A stretch of DNA of 64,000 nt from Octopus vulgaris (GCA_951406725.2 OX597838.1:45496752-45560751), one strand, 5' to 3'; positions 40,251-59,934 are shown, counted from the first letter of the stretch. Notes: a model not told the origin generated them from the letters alone. Program-made: numbers and translations.

Positions 40251-41432
40251 GGTTAGAATATTAAATTTAATAACGCACCGGTTAGAGAACACCTGATTAC
40301 CTCAATAAACAAGCATATGTTGTCAGTCTTTATATGGTTCTTCTGTCTGCTAGGAATAGCACCTAAAACTCCAACCGTCTTTAAATAGGAAAGATACGTT
40401 GTAGAATGCAATTTTAGATGGTAGAGAGTTGGGGGTCGTAAGATCCGAAATGCTTTAATCAAAGCCTGATCTGGGGACACATAACCACAATAAAAATCGC
40501 AACAACAACGTAAGTTAACCGCAATAAATTTAAATTCTTGCCATTCTGTAGATCTAAAGTGATTAATATTTATTTTCCATGCCACACATTTATTTGATCT
40601 CAAATTGAAATTCTAGATACTAAACAAGGTTTAACCCATTTTAAACAGCTTTCAATATTTCTTTTTTTAAGATAAGGAAAAAAAAACTTAGAAGCTTCAA
40701 TGAAAATGAAGAAAAATTCAGTAAATAATGAAAAAGAAAACGCAACTTAAGATTAAAAAAAGGGTCAGGAAAAATAGAGAAAAGAAGCCGTAAAATAAGT
40801 CTCTGAAATTCAATCAAATTGGAAGATTTGTTTAAGCATAAATTAGACAAAAAGAAACTGAAAAATCTTTAAAACAAAAAATTAAATAAATAGAATTTAA
40901 CTGAAAAATCAGTGACATACTGGAAGGGAGCACGGAAAAAGGGAGAAGAAAAACAGTTGAAAGGAAACTTGAAACATATTTTAAATTCTCTTTCAGGATA
41001 AAAGCTGGAGAAAAAAGGGAAATAAAACCTATTTTGTTTTTAATGAAACTTTAAAAATGTAAAACAATGTATTTTATGCTTTGGAAATCCAGTTGAACTG
41101 ATAGCTAGGATAAACATTAAACAATGCCCAGAATACTCACACCAGAAAAAATCATAGTTTTTTTTCAATTGTTTGAGAAATAAAAATGTTAGAGCAATTT
41201 TAACGCGAACAAAAAAAGATTGGGAAAAATAAAAGCAATACGATAAAACAAAAAATATTCAAAAATAAGCATACAGATTCTTCAAAGAAAACTTTTTTTT
41301 AAATAGCAAATGCAGGGTAAAGCTAAGAACCAGTTTAAAACCCATAAAACTAAAACTCTGTGTTTCTTGATGAAAGTTACTTGATTTTACGTTATTTTAA
41401 AGGTAGTTTCCGTTTTTTGAAAGGTAGTTATT

Positions 41433-42160
41433 TTAAAGGCGGTGAGCTAGCAGAATAATTAGCGCGTCGGACAAAATGCTTAGTGGTATTTCTTCTGATT
41501 CATTGCATTCTTAACTCAAATCTCGTCGTGGTTAACTTTGCCTGTCATCGTCAATGAAATAAGAAACAGTTAAACGTTGGCGTCGATGTAACTGACTTCA
41601 TTCTCCCCTCAAAATTGCTGACCTCGTGCCAAAATTAAAAACATTTATTTTAAGGATAGTAAATAAACAGAATCGGTGGAGTGTGGGACGAAATGGTTTA
41701 TTATATTTATCCTGTTTAAGGCTGGCAGAGTCGTTAGCACGCTGGCATTTTGTCCGTCTTTACGTTCGAAGTTCAAATTTCGCCGGCTTTGCTTTTCATT
41801 CATAAAATAAGTACCAGTTGAAAATTGGAAGTCGATTACATCGAATTTCCTCTCCCTTAAAATTGCTGGCCTTGTACCAAAATTTGAAACTAATATTTAT
41901 TCTCATTAAGGCGGTGAAATGACAGAATCGTTAGGATGTTGGGCAAAATGCATAGCAGCTTTTCATCCCTCATCACGTTTTGAGTTCAAATGCTGCCGAG
42001 ATCGACATTGCCTTTCATCTTTCGAGGGTCAATATGATAAGTACCAGTTGAACACTGAGGATCGATGGAATCGACTTAGCCGCTTCCCCGAAATTCTTGC
42101 TCTTTCTATTTTTTGAAATTAAATCAAGTCGAGGTCAACTTTACCTTTCATCCTTCCGTA
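41433..42160 (+). mobile_element. Head-to-tail cluster of 3-4 degenerate family D SINEs
   Basis: Repeated TTAAGGCGG.GA..CAGAATCGTTAG..CAAAATGC.TAGC.. and ..AAAATTGCTG.CCT.GT.CCAAAATT units starting near 41434, 41716 and 41907. Confidence 0.75.
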
Positions 42161-42365
42161 TTCAATAAGATATGATACCACTAACGTACTGGAACCTAAC
42201 CCTAACCCTAACTCCAGAATTTAAGGCCTTATGTCTCTTTGTTCGAAACAATATATTTTTGTTTTTTGAGGGGTTTTTTTTTTTTTGTATTTCTTCCTTA
42301 TCATTCCTTCGTATTTCTTCTAATTTTCTTCTTTTTATGCTAATGTAATTCATAACTTATAATCA

Positions 42366-42529
42366 TAGGCGCAGATATGGCTGAATGGTTAAGAAGCTCA
42401 CTTTGCAACCATGTAGTCTCAAGGGTCAGCTCCACTGCGCAATACCGTGGGCAAGTCTTCTACCCATAGCTCTGGGTCAACAAAAGCCTAATGAGTAAAT
42501 TTTGGAAAACGGACACTGTGGGATCCTAT

Positions 42530-42569
<40 letters not shown>

Positions 42570-42584
42570 TGTGTATGTGTGTGT

Positions 42585-42629
<45 letters not shown>

Positions 42630-42760
42630 TGTGTGCTGATGTGTGTGTGCATTTGTGTCTGTGCCTGCCACCACTCACCACTTGAAAACATGTGTCGGTT
42701 TGTTTACTTCATTTAACTTAGCGGTTCAGCAAAATACACCGATAAAGTACCAGATTTGAA
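42366..42760 (+). mobile_element. SINE family A with expanded internal (TG)n
   Basis: TAGGCGCAG..TGGCTG..TGGTTAAGAAGC head, GGGCAAGT core, (TG)n at 42532-42650, TAACTTAGCGGTTCAGCAAAA tail. Confidence 0.75.
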
Positions 42761-43156
42761 AGCATATAAAGTAAATATAACAAATAATCCAGAATTCTTG
42801 TCCTGTATAGGATCGATCCCAAAAACTAAACAGTTCGTGTCAAACATCCCGAAAGATTTATCTAATCCATCCAGCAGTTCTTGAGATATCTTGTCCACAA
42901 ACAAACAAATACAACTGTAAACAATACTCCCGCCATAGGTAATAAAGAGCAAGCTTGTAAATCGTATATAAATGTTGTTGCAGTTGACCATCAAATTTTG
43001 TATCCATACGGTTTTATGGTTAAGACGATCGCTTTGGTGCCACGTAGTTTCAAGTTCACTCCAACTGTGCAATACCTTAGGGAAAATTTCTTTTACCGCA
43101 GCCCCAGGATGGACGAATGCCAGGTGAATGAATTTAATGAACGGAAACCGTGTTGA

Positions 43157-43159
<3 letters not shown>

Positions 43160-43248
<89 letters not shown>

Positions 43249-43299
43249 TGAGGGAATATTATTCCAAACTTACATATATATATATAAATTAATAATAAT

Positions 43300-43330
<31 letters not shown>

Positions 43331-43517
43331 ATAATAATAATAATATAATAATATAAATTAATAATAAGAATAATAATAATAATAATAACAATATGAGGGA
43401 ATATTATTCCAAACTTACATATATATATATATAAATTAATAATAATAATAATAATAATAAGAATAATAATAATAATATGAGGGAATATTATTCCAAACTT
43501 ACATATATATATATATA

Positions 43518-43554
<37 letters not shown>

Positions 43555-43595
43555 TATGAGAATATTATTCCAAACTTACATATATATATATATAA

Positions 43596-43644
<49 letters not shown>

Positions 43645-43685
43645 TATATGAGATATTATTCAAACTACATATATATATATATATA

Positions 43686-43732
<47 letters not shown>

Positions 43733-43771
43733 TGAGGAATATTATTCCAAACTTACATATATATATATATA

Positions 43772-43827
<56 letters not shown>

Positions 43828-43862
43828 TGAGGGAATATTATTCCAAACTTATATATATATAT

Positions 43863-43908
<46 letters not shown>

Positions 43909-43951
43909 TGAGGGAATATTATTCCAAACTTACATATATATATATATATAA

Positions 43952-44000
<49 letters not shown>

Positions 44001-44059
44001 TTAATAATAATAATATGAGGGAATATTATTCCAAACTTACATATATATATATATAAATT

Positions 44060-44102
<43 letters not shown>

Positions 44103-44154
44103 TAATAATAATATGAGGGAATATTATTCCAAACTTACATATATATATATATAA

Positions 44155-44212
<58 letters not shown>

Positions 44213-44253
44213 TGAGGGAATATTATTCCAAACTTACATATATATATATATAA

Positions 44254-44305
<52 letters not shown>

Positions 44306-44348
44306 TGAGGGAATATTATTCCAAACTTACATATATATATATATATAA

Positions 44349-44397
<49 letters not shown>

Positions 44398-44437
44398 TGA
44401 GGGAATATTATTCCAAACTTACATATATATATATATA

Positions 44438-44486
<49 letters not shown>

Positions 44487-44563
44487 TTGAATATTCAAAC
44501 TATATATATATATATATAATATAATAATAATATTAATAATAATAATATATAATATAAATATAC

Positions 44564-44610
<47 letters not shown>

Positions 44611-44661
44611 TATAATATTATTCCAAATATTATATATATATATATTAATAATATAATAATA

Positions 44662-44710
<49 letters not shown>

Positions 44711-44736
44711 TTAATATTATTAAATATAATATATAA

Positions 44737-44788
<52 letters not shown>

Positions 44789-44871
44789 TGAGGGAATATT
44801 ATTCCAAACTTAATATATATATATATAATTAATAATAATTAATAATAATAATAATAATATAATATCATATA

Positions 44872-44927
<56 letters not shown>

Positions 44928-44962
44928 TAGGAATATTATTCCAAACTTACATATATATATAT

Positions 44963-45008
<46 letters not shown>

Positions 45009-45026
45009 TTATAATTATTAAACTTA

Positions 45027-45075
<49 letters not shown>

Positions 45076-45121
45076 TGAGGGAATATTATTCCAAACTTAC
45101 ATATATATATATATAAATATA

Positions 45122-45183
<62 letters not shown>

Positions 45184-45224
45184 TGAGGGAATATTATTCC
45201 AAACTTACATATATATATATATAA

Positions 45225-45282
<58 letters not shown>

Positions 45283-45320
45283 GGGAATATTATTCCAAAC
45301 TTACATATATATATATATAA

Positions 45321-45384
<64 letters not shown>

Positions 45385-45423
45385 GAGGAATATTATTCCA
45401 AACTTACATATATATATATATAA

Positions 45424-45496
<73 letters not shown>

Positions 45497-45537
45497 TGAG
45501 GGAATATTATTCCAAACTTACATATATATATATATAA

Positions 45538-45601
<64 letters not shown>

Positions 45602-45642
45602 TGAGGGAATATTATTCCAAACTTACATATATATATATATAA

Positions 45643-45703
<61 letters not shown>

Positions 45704-45744
45704 TGAGGGAATATTATTCCAAACTTACATATATATATATATAA

Positions 45745-45805
<61 letters not shown>

Positions 45806-45846
45806 TGAGGGAATATTATTCCAAACTTACATATATATATATATAA

Positions 45847-45906
<60 letters not shown>

Positions 45907-45943
45907 GAATATTATTCAAACTTACATATATATATTATAATAA

Positions 45944-45989
<46 letters not shown>

Positions 45990-46032
45990 TGAGGGAATAT
46001 TATTCCAAACTTACATATATATATATATATAA

Positions 46033-46102
<70 letters not shown>

Positions 46103-46153
46103 TGAGGGAATATTATTCCAAACTTATATATATATATATAAATTAATAATAAT

Positions 46154-46196
<43 letters not shown>

Positions 46197-46251
46197 TGAG
46201 GGAATATTATTCCAAACTTACATATATATATATATATAATTAATAATAATA

Positions 46252-46300
<49 letters not shown>

Positions 46301-46339
46301 TGAGGGAATATTATTCCAAACTTACATATATATATATAT

Positions 46340-46400
<61 letters not shown>

Positions 46401-46435
46401 TAATATGAGGGAATATTATTCCAAACTTACATATA

Positions 46436-46502
<67 letters not shown>

Positions 46503-46543
46503 TGAGGGAATATTATTCCAAACTTACATATATATATATATAA

Positions 46544-46610
<67 letters not shown>

Positions 46611-46651
46611 TGAGGGAATATTATTCCAAACTTATATATATATATATATAA

Positions 46652-46708
<57 letters not shown>

Positions 46709-46747
46709 GGAATATTATTCCAAACTTACATATATATATATATATAA

Positions 46748-46796
<49 letters not shown>

Positions 46797-46835
46797 TGAG
46801 GGAATATTATTCCAAACTTATATATATATATATAA

Positions 46836-46887
<52 letters not shown>

Positions 46888-46927
46888 TGAGGGAATATTA
46901 TTCCAAACTTACATATATATATATATA

Positions 46928-46991
<64 letters not shown>

Positions 46992-47032
46992 TGAGGGAAT
47001 ATTATTCCAAACTTACATATATATATATATAA

Positions 47033-47087
<55 letters not shown>

Positions 47088-47128
47088 TGAGGGAATATTA
47101 TTCCAAACTTACATATATATATATATAA

Positions 47129-47174
<46 letters not shown>

Positions 47175-47238
47175 TGAGGGAATATTATTCCAAACTTACA
47201 TATATATATATATATAAATTTATAATAATAATAATAAT

Positions 47239-47284
<46 letters not shown>

Positions 47285-47323
47285 TGAGGGAATATTATTC
47301 CAAACTTACATATATATATATAT

Positions 47324-47369
<46 letters not shown>

Positions 47370-47410
47370 TGAGGGAATATTATTCCAAACTTACATATAT
47401 ATATATATAA

Positions 47411-47471
<61 letters not shown>

Positions 47472-47512
47472 TGAGGGAATATTATTCCAAACTTACATAT
47501 ATATATATATAA

Positions 47513-47564
<52 letters not shown>

Positions 47565-47608
47565 TAATGAGGGAATATTATTCCAAACTTACATATATAT
47601 ATATATAA

Positions 47609-47663
<55 letters not shown>

Positions 47664-47704
47664 TGAGGGAATATTATTCCAAACTTACATATATATATAT
47701 ATAA

Positions 47705-47780
<76 letters not shown>

Positions 47781-47821
47781 TGAGGGAATATTATTCCAAA
47801 CTTACATATATATATATATAA

Positions 47822-47873
<52 letters not shown>

Positions 47874-47903
47874 TGAGGAATATTATTCCAAACTTACTAT
47901 ATA

Positions 47904-47949
<46 letters not shown>

Positions 47950-47998
47950 TATATATATAAGGGAATATTATTCCAAACTTACATATATATATATATAA

Positions 47999-48047
<49 letters not shown>

Positions 48048-48091
48048 TATAGAGGGAATATTATTCCAAACTTACATATATATATATATAA

Positions 48092-48143
<52 letters not shown>

Positions 48144-48183
48144 TGAGGAATATTATTCCAAACTTACATATATATATATATAA

Positions 48184-48229
<46 letters not shown>

Positions 48230-48259
48230 TGAGGGAATATTATTCCAAACTTACATATA

Positions 48260-48332
<73 letters not shown>

Positions 48333-48373
48333 TGAGGGAATATTATTCCAAACTTATATATATATATATATAA

Positions 48374-48434
<61 letters not shown>

Positions 48435-48473
48435 TATTATTAAATAATATATATATATAAATTAATATATATA

Positions 48474-48523
<50 letters not shown>

Positions 48524-48563
48524 TGAGGGAATATTATTCCAAACTTACATATATATATATATA

Positions 48564-48615
<52 letters not shown>

Positions 48616-48642
48616 TTATGAGGAATTAATATATATAAATTA

Positions 48643-48679
<37 letters not shown>

Positions 48680-48731
48680 TAATAATAATATGAGGGAATA
48701 TTATTCCAAACTTACATATATATATATATAA

Positions 48732-48774
<43 letters not shown>

Positions 48775-48814
48775 TGAGGGAATATTATTCCAAACTTACA
48801 TATATATATATAAA

Positions 48815-48875
<61 letters not shown>

Positions 48876-48915
48876 TGAGGAATATTATTCCAAACTTACA
48901 TATATATATATATAA

Positions 48916-48967
<52 letters not shown>

Positions 48968-49005
48968 TAATAAGAATATTATTCCAAACTTATATATATA
49001 TATAA

Positions 49006-49057
<52 letters not shown>

Positions 49058-49110
49058 TTAATAATAATATGAGGGAATATTATTCCAAACTTACATATAT
49101 ATATATATAA

Positions 49111-49165
<55 letters not shown>

Positions 49166-49210
49166 TAATAGAGGAATATTATTCCAAACTTACATATATA
49201 TATATATAAA

Positions 49211-49259
<49 letters not shown>

Positions 49260-49300
49260 TGAGGGAATATTATTCCAAACTTACATATATATATATATAA

Positions 49301-49355
<55 letters not shown>

Positions 49356-49396
49356 TGAGGGAATATTATTCCAAACTTACATATATATATATATAA

Positions 49397-49442
<46 letters not shown>

Positions 49443-49477
49443 TAATAATATAATAATAATATAATAATATTATAAAT

Positions 49478-49542
<65 letters not shown>

Positions 49543-49572
49543 TATATAGGAATATTATTCCAAACTTACATA

Positions 49573-49627
<55 letters not shown>

Positions 49628-49668
49628 TGAGGGAATATTATTCCAAACTTACATATATATATATATAA

Positions 49669-49726
<58 letters not shown>

Positions 49727-49769
49727 TGAGGGAATATTATTCCAAACTTACATATATATATATATATAA

Positions 49770-49806
<37 letters not shown>

Positions 49807-49849
49807 TGAGGGAATATTATTCCAAACTTACATATATATATATATATAA

Positions 49850-49892
<43 letters not shown>

Positions 49893-49933
49893 TGAGGGAA
49901 TATTATTCCAAACTTACATATATATATATATAA

Positions 49934-49994
<61 letters not shown>

Positions 49995-50038
49995 TAATGA
50001 GGGAATATTATTCCAAACTTACATATATATATATATAA

Positions 50039-50087
<49 letters not shown>

Positions 50088-50127
50088 TAGGGAATATTAT
50101 TCCAAACTTACATATATATATATATAA

Positions 50128-50170
<43 letters not shown>

Positions 50171-50210
50171 TAGGGAATATTATTCCAAACTTACATATAT
50201 ATATATATAA

Positions 50211-50262
<52 letters not shown>

Positions 50263-50304
50263 TAGAGGGAATATTATTCCAAACTTACATATATATATAT
50301 ATAA

Positions 50305-50356
<52 letters not shown>

Positions 50357-50396
50357 TAGGGAATATTATTCCAAACTTACATATATATATATATAA

Positions 50397-50451
<55 letters not shown>

Positions 50452-50492
50452 TAAGGGAATATTATTCCAAACTTACATATATATATATATAA

Positions 50493-50547
<55 letters not shown>

Positions 50548-50591
50548 TATGGGAATATTATTCCAAACTTACATATATATATATATAATAA

Positions 50592-50646
<55 letters not shown>

Positions 50647-50687
50647 TGAGGGAATATTATTCCAAACTTACATATATATATATATAA

Positions 50688-50733
<46 letters not shown>

Positions 50734-50774
50734 TGAGGGAATATTATTCCAAACTTACATATATATATATATAA

Positions 50775-50841
<67 letters not shown>

Positions 50842-50882
50842 TGAGGGAATATTATTCCAAACTTACATATATATATATATAA

Positions 50883-50928
<46 letters not shown>

Positions 50929-50969
50929 TGAGGGAATATTATTCCAAACTTATATATATATATATAATA

Positions 50970-51027
<58 letters not shown>

Positions 51028-51068
51028 TGAGGGAATATTATTCCAAACTTACATATATATATATATAA

Positions 51069-51123
<55 letters not shown>

Positions 51124-51164
51124 TGAGGGAATATTATTCCAAACTTACATATATATATATATAA

Positions 51165-51225
<61 letters not shown>

Positions 51226-51265
51226 GAGGAATATTATTCAAACTTACATATATATATATATATTA

Positions 51266-51324
<59 letters not shown>

Positions 51325-51365
51325 TGAGGGAATATTATTCCAAACTTACATATATATATATATAA

Positions 51366-51417
<52 letters not shown>

Positions 51418-51467
51418 TAATAAGGGAATATTATTCCAAACTTACATATATATATATATAAATTAAT

Positions 51468-51545
<78 letters not shown>

Positions 51546-51582
51546 GGAATATTATTCCAAACTTACATATATATATATATAA

Positions 51583-51634
<52 letters not shown>

Positions 51635-51679
51635 TATATGAGGGAATATTATTCCAAACTTACATATATATATATATAA

Positions 51680-51734
<55 letters not shown>

Positions 51735-51773
51735 GAGGAATATTATTCCAAACTTACATATATATATATATAA

Positions 51774-51834
<61 letters not shown>

Positions 51835-51872
51835 TAGGGAATATTATTCCAAACTTATATATATATATATAA

Positions 51873-51923
<51 letters not shown>

Positions 51924-51965
51924 TATGAGGAATATTATTCCAAACTTACATATATATATATATAA

Positions 51966-52002
<37 letters not shown>

Positions 52003-52047
52003 TGAGGGAATATTATTCCAAACTTATATATATATATATATATATAA

Positions 52048-52105
<58 letters not shown>

Positions 52106-52144
52106 TGAGGGAATATTATTACAAACTTACATATATATATATAT

Positions 52145-52209
<65 letters not shown>

Positions 52210-52246
52210 TGAGAGAATATTATTCCAAACTTACATATATATATAA

Positions 52247-52277
<31 letters not shown>

Positions 52278-52412
52278 TGAGGGAATATTATTCCAAACTT
52301 ACATATATATATATATAAATTAATAATAATAATAATAATAATAAATAATAATAATAATAATAATAATAATATGAGGGAATATTATTCCAAACTTACATAT
52401 ATATATATATAA

Positions 52413-52455
<43 letters not shown>

Positions 52456-52516
52456 TATAATAATATAATATAGGAATATTATTCCAAACTTACATATATA
52501 TATATATATAATATTA

Positions 52517-52547
<31 letters not shown>

Positions 52548-52590
52548 TAGAGGAATATTATTCCAAACTTACATATATATATATATATAA

Positions 52591-52633
<43 letters not shown>

Positions 52634-52689
52634 TTATAATAATATGAGGAATATTATTCCAAACTACATATATATATATATAAATATAA

Positions 52690-52730
<41 letters not shown>

Positions 52731-52771
52731 TGAGGGAATATTATTCCAAACTTACATATATATATATATAA

Positions 52772-52823
<52 letters not shown>

Positions 52824-52864
52824 TGAGGGAATATTATTCCAAACTTACATATATATATATATAA

Positions 52865-52922
<58 letters not shown>

Positions 52923-52962
52923 TGAGGGAATATTATTCCAAACTTACATATATATATATATA

Positions 52963-53005
<43 letters not shown>

Positions 53006-53046
53006 TGAGGGAATATTATTCCAAACTTACATATATATATATATAA

Positions 53047-53095
<49 letters not shown>

Positions 53096-53138
53096 TGAGG
53101 GAATATTATTCCAAACTTACATATATATATATATATAA

Positions 53139-53196
<58 letters not shown>

Positions 53197-53237
53197 TGAG
53201 GGAATATTATTCCAAACTTACATATATATATATATAA

Positions 53238-53292
<55 letters not shown>

Positions 53293-53337
53293 TGAGGGAA
53301 TATTATTCCAAACTTACATATATATATATATAAATTA

Positions 53338-53386
<49 letters not shown>

Positions 53387-53424
53387 GGGAATATTATTCC
53401 AAACTTACATATATATATATATAA

Positions 53425-53485
<61 letters not shown>

Positions 53486-53524
53486 TGAGGGAATATTATT
53501 CCAAACTTATATATATATATATAT

Positions 53525-53574
<50 letters not shown>

Positions 53575-53599
53575 TGAGGGAATATTATTCCAAACTTAC

Positions 53600-53670
<71 letters not shown>

Positions 53671-53708
53671 TGAGGAATATTATTCCAAACTTACATATAT
53701 ATATATAA

Positions 53709-53772
<64 letters not shown>

Positions 53773-53813
53773 TGAGGGAATATTATTCCAAACTTACATA
53801 TATATATATATAA

Positions 53814-53868
<55 letters not shown>

Positions 53869-53910
53869 TGAGGAATATTATTCCAAACTTAATATATATA
53901 TATATATAAT

Positions 53911-53971
<61 letters not shown>

Positions 53972-54012
53972 TGAGGGAATATTATTCCAAACTTACATAT
54001 ATATATATATAA

Positions 54013-54073
<61 letters not shown>

Positions 54074-54110
54074 TGAGGGAATATTATTCCAAACTTACAT
54101 ATATATATAT

Positions 54111-54159
<49 letters not shown>

Positions 54160-54200
54160 TGAGGGAATATTATTCCAAACTTACATATATATATATATAA

Positions 54201-54243
<43 letters not shown>

Positions 54244-54283
54244 TGAGGGAATATTATTCCAAACTTACATATATATATATATA

Positions 54284-54341
<58 letters not shown>

Positions 54342-54382
54342 TGAGGGAATATTATTCCAAACTTACATATATATATATATAA

Positions 54383-54458
<76 letters not shown>

Positions 54459-54499
54459 TGAGGGAATATTATTCCAAACTTACATATATATATATATAA

Positions 54500-54551
<52 letters not shown>

Positions 54552-54592
54552 TGAGGGAATATTATTCCAAACTTACATATATATATATATAA

Positions 54593-54641
<49 letters not shown>

Positions 54642-54678
54642 TGAGGGAATATTATTCCAAACTTACATATATATATAT

Positions 54679-54730
<52 letters not shown>

Positions 54731-54801
54731 TATATGAGGAATATTATTCCAAACTTACATATATATATATATAAATTAATAATAATAATAATAATAATAA
54801 A

Positions 54802-54839
<38 letters not shown>

Positions 54840-54864
54840 TGAGGGAATATTATTCCAAACTTAC

Positions 54865-54938
<74 letters not shown>

Positions 54939-54972
54939 GAGGGAATATTATTCCAAACTTACATATATATAT

Positions 54973-55033
<61 letters not shown>

Positions 55034-55074
55034 TGAGGGAATATTATTCCAAACTTACATATATATATATATAA

Positions 55075-55136
<62 letters not shown>

Positions 55137-55176
55137 GGAATATTATTCCAAACTTACATATATATATATATAATAA

Positions 55177-55228
<52 letters not shown>

Positions 55229-55266
55229 TGAGGGAATATTATTCCAAACTTATATATATATATATA

Positions 55267-55318
<52 letters not shown>

Positions 55319-55357
55319 GAGGAATATTATTCCAAACTTACATATATATATATATAA

Positions 55358-55427
<70 letters not shown>

Positions 55428-55453
55428 TGAGGGAATATTATTCCAAACTTACA

Positions 55454-55528
<75 letters not shown>

Positions 55529-55569
55529 TGAGGGAATATTATTCCAAACTTACATATATATATATATAA

Positions 55570-55639
<70 letters not shown>

Positions 55640-55681
55640 TGAGGGAATATTATTCCAAACTTACATATATATATATATAAA

Positions 55682-55742
<61 letters not shown>

Positions 55743-55783
55743 TGAGGGAATATTATTCCAAACTTACATATATATATATATAA

Positions 55784-55841
<58 letters not shown>

Positions 55842-55881
55842 TGAGGAATATTATTCCAAACTTACATATATATATATATAA

Positions 55882-55936
<55 letters not shown>

Positions 55937-55977
55937 TGAGGGAATATTATTCCAAACTTACATATATATATATATAA

Positions 55978-56047
<70 letters not shown>

Positions 56048-56090
56048 TGAGGGAATATTATTCCAAACTTACATATATATATATATATAA

Positions 56091-56151
<61 letters not shown>

Positions 56152-56193
56152 TGAGGAATATTATTCCAAACTTACATATATATATATATATAA

Positions 56194-56266
<73 letters not shown>

Positions 56267-56307
56267 TGAGGGAATATTATTCCAAACTTACATATATATA
56301 TATATAA

Positions 56308-56356
<49 letters not shown>

Positions 56357-56399
56357 TGAGGGAATATTATTCCAAACTTACATATATATATATATAAAA

Positions 56400-56453
<54 letters not shown>

Positions 56454-56488
56454 GGAATATTATTCCAAACTTAATATATATATATATA

Positions 56489-56543
<55 letters not shown>

Positions 56544-56599
56544 TGAGGGAATATTATTCCAAACTTACATATATATATATATAATTTAATAATAATAAT

Positions 56600-56642
<43 letters not shown>

Positions 56643-56681
56643 TGAGGGAATATTATTCCAAACTTACATATATATATATAT

Positions 56682-56747
<66 letters not shown>

Positions 56748-56780
56748 GGAATATTATTCCAAACTTATATATATATATAT

Positions 56781-56839
<59 letters not shown>

Positions 56840-56877
56840 GGGAATATTATTCCAAACTTACATATATATATATATAA

Positions 56878-56910
<33 letters not shown>

Positions 56911-56944
56911 TAATAGAGGGAATATTATTCCAAACTTACATATA

Positions 56945-57015
<71 letters not shown>

Positions 57016-57053
57016 GGGAATATTATTCCAAACTTACATATATATATATATAA

Positions 57054-57105
<52 letters not shown>

Positions 57106-57144
57106 GGGAATATTATTCCAAACTTACATATATATATATATAAA

Positions 57145-57190
<46 letters not shown>

Positions 57191-57228
57191 TAGGAATATT
57201 ATTCCAAACTTACATATATATATATATA

Positions 57229-57283
<55 letters not shown>

Positions 57284-57324
57284 TGAGGGAATATTATTCC
57301 AAACTTACATATATATATATATAA

Positions 57325-57379
<55 letters not shown>

Positions 57380-57426
57380 TGAGGGAATATTATTCCAAAC
57401 TTATATATATATATATATAATTAATA

Positions 57427-57476
<50 letters not shown>

Positions 57477-57516
57477 GAGGGAATATTATTCCAAACTTAC
57501 ATATATATATATATAA

Positions 57517-57574
<58 letters not shown>

Positions 57575-57611
57575 TGAGGGAATATTATTCCAAACTTACA
57601 TATATATATAT

Positions 57612-57672
<61 letters not shown>

Positions 57673-57713
57673 TGAGGGAATATTATTCCAAACTTACATA
57701 TATATATATATAA

Positions 57714-57759
<46 letters not shown>

Positions 57760-57798
57760 GAGGAATATTATTCCAAACTTACATATATATATATATAA

Positions 57799-57859
<61 letters not shown>

Positions 57860-57900
57860 TGAGGGAATATTATTCCAAACTTATATATATATATATAAAT

Positions 57901-57957
<57 letters not shown>

Positions 57958-57998
57958 TGAGGGAATATTATTCCAAACTTACATATATATATATATAA

Positions 57999-58056
<58 letters not shown>

Positions 58057-58097
58057 TGAGGGAATATTATTCCAAACTTACATATATATATATATAA

Positions 58098-58152
<55 letters not shown>

Positions 58153-58210
58153 TAATAATAATAATAATAAATGAGGGAATATTATTCCAAACTTACATAT
58201 ATATATATAT

Positions 58211-58274
<64 letters not shown>

Positions 58275-58316
58275 TATAGGGAATATTATTCCAAACTTAC
58301 ATATATATATATATAA

Positions 58317-58386
<70 letters not shown>

Positions 58387-58425
58387 TGAGGGAATATTAT
58401 TCCAAACTTACATATATATATATAA

Positions 58426-58486
<61 letters not shown>

Positions 58487-58523
58487 TGAGGGAATATTAT
58501 TCCAAACTTACATATATATATAA

Positions 58524-58572
<49 letters not shown>

Positions 58573-58605
58573 TAGGGAATATTATTCAAATATATATAAT
58601 AAATA

Positions 58606-58672
<67 letters not shown>

Positions 58673-58702
58673 TGAGGGAATATTATTCCAAACTTACATA
58701 TA

Positions 58703-58753
<51 letters not shown>

Positions 58754-58805
58754 TAATAATAATATGAGGGAATATTATTCCAAACTTACATATATATATA
58801 TATAA

Positions 58806-58857
<52 letters not shown>

Positions 58858-58898
58858 TTAAGGGAATATTATTCCAAACTTACATATATATATATATA

Positions 58899-58956
<58 letters not shown>

Positions 58957-58997
58957 TGAGGGAATATTATTCCAAACTTACATATATATATATATAA

Positions 58998-59046
<49 letters not shown>

Positions 59047-59086
59047 TGAGGGAATATTATTCCAAACTTACATATATATATATATA

Positions 59087-59140
<54 letters not shown>

Positions 59141-59185
59141 TAATATGAGGAATATTATTCCAAACTTACATATATATATATATAA

Positions 59186-59242
<57 letters not shown>

Positions 59243-59269
59243 TAGGGAATATTATTCCAAACTTACATA

Positions 59270-59335
<66 letters not shown>

Positions 59336-59376
59336 TGAGGGAATATTATTCCAAACTTACATATATATATATATAA

Positions 59377-59413
<37 letters not shown>

Positions 59414-59454
59414 TGAGGGAATATTATTCCAAACTTACATATATATATATATAA

Positions 59455-59511
<57 letters not shown>

Positions 59512-59546
59512 TAATATGAGGGAATATTATTCCAAACTTACATATA

Positions 59547-59607
<61 letters not shown>

Positions 59608-59648
59608 TGAGGGAATATTATTCCAAACTTACATATATATATATATAA

Positions 59649-59703
<55 letters not shown>

Positions 59704-59743
59704 TGAGGAATATTATTCCAAACTTACATATATATATATATAA

Positions 59744-59792
<49 letters not shown>

Positions 59793-59835
59793 TAATGAGG
59801 ATATTATTCCAAACTTACATATATATATATATTAA

Positions 59836-59893
<58 letters not shown>

Positions 59894-59934
59894 TGAGGGA
59901 ATATTATTCAAAACTTACATATATATATATATAA

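Noticed and set aside
42194-42212. Telomere-like CCTAACCCTAACCCTAA
   Set aside because: Only about three units, too short to call a telomere or fusion site.
44470-45060. Degenerate patches in the satellite (also ~48420-48640, 49440-49550, 60680-60940, 63680-63860) as distinct sub-repeats
   Set aside because: They look like dropout of G/C bases and indels typical of long-read consensus error, and cannot be separated from real variants without reads.
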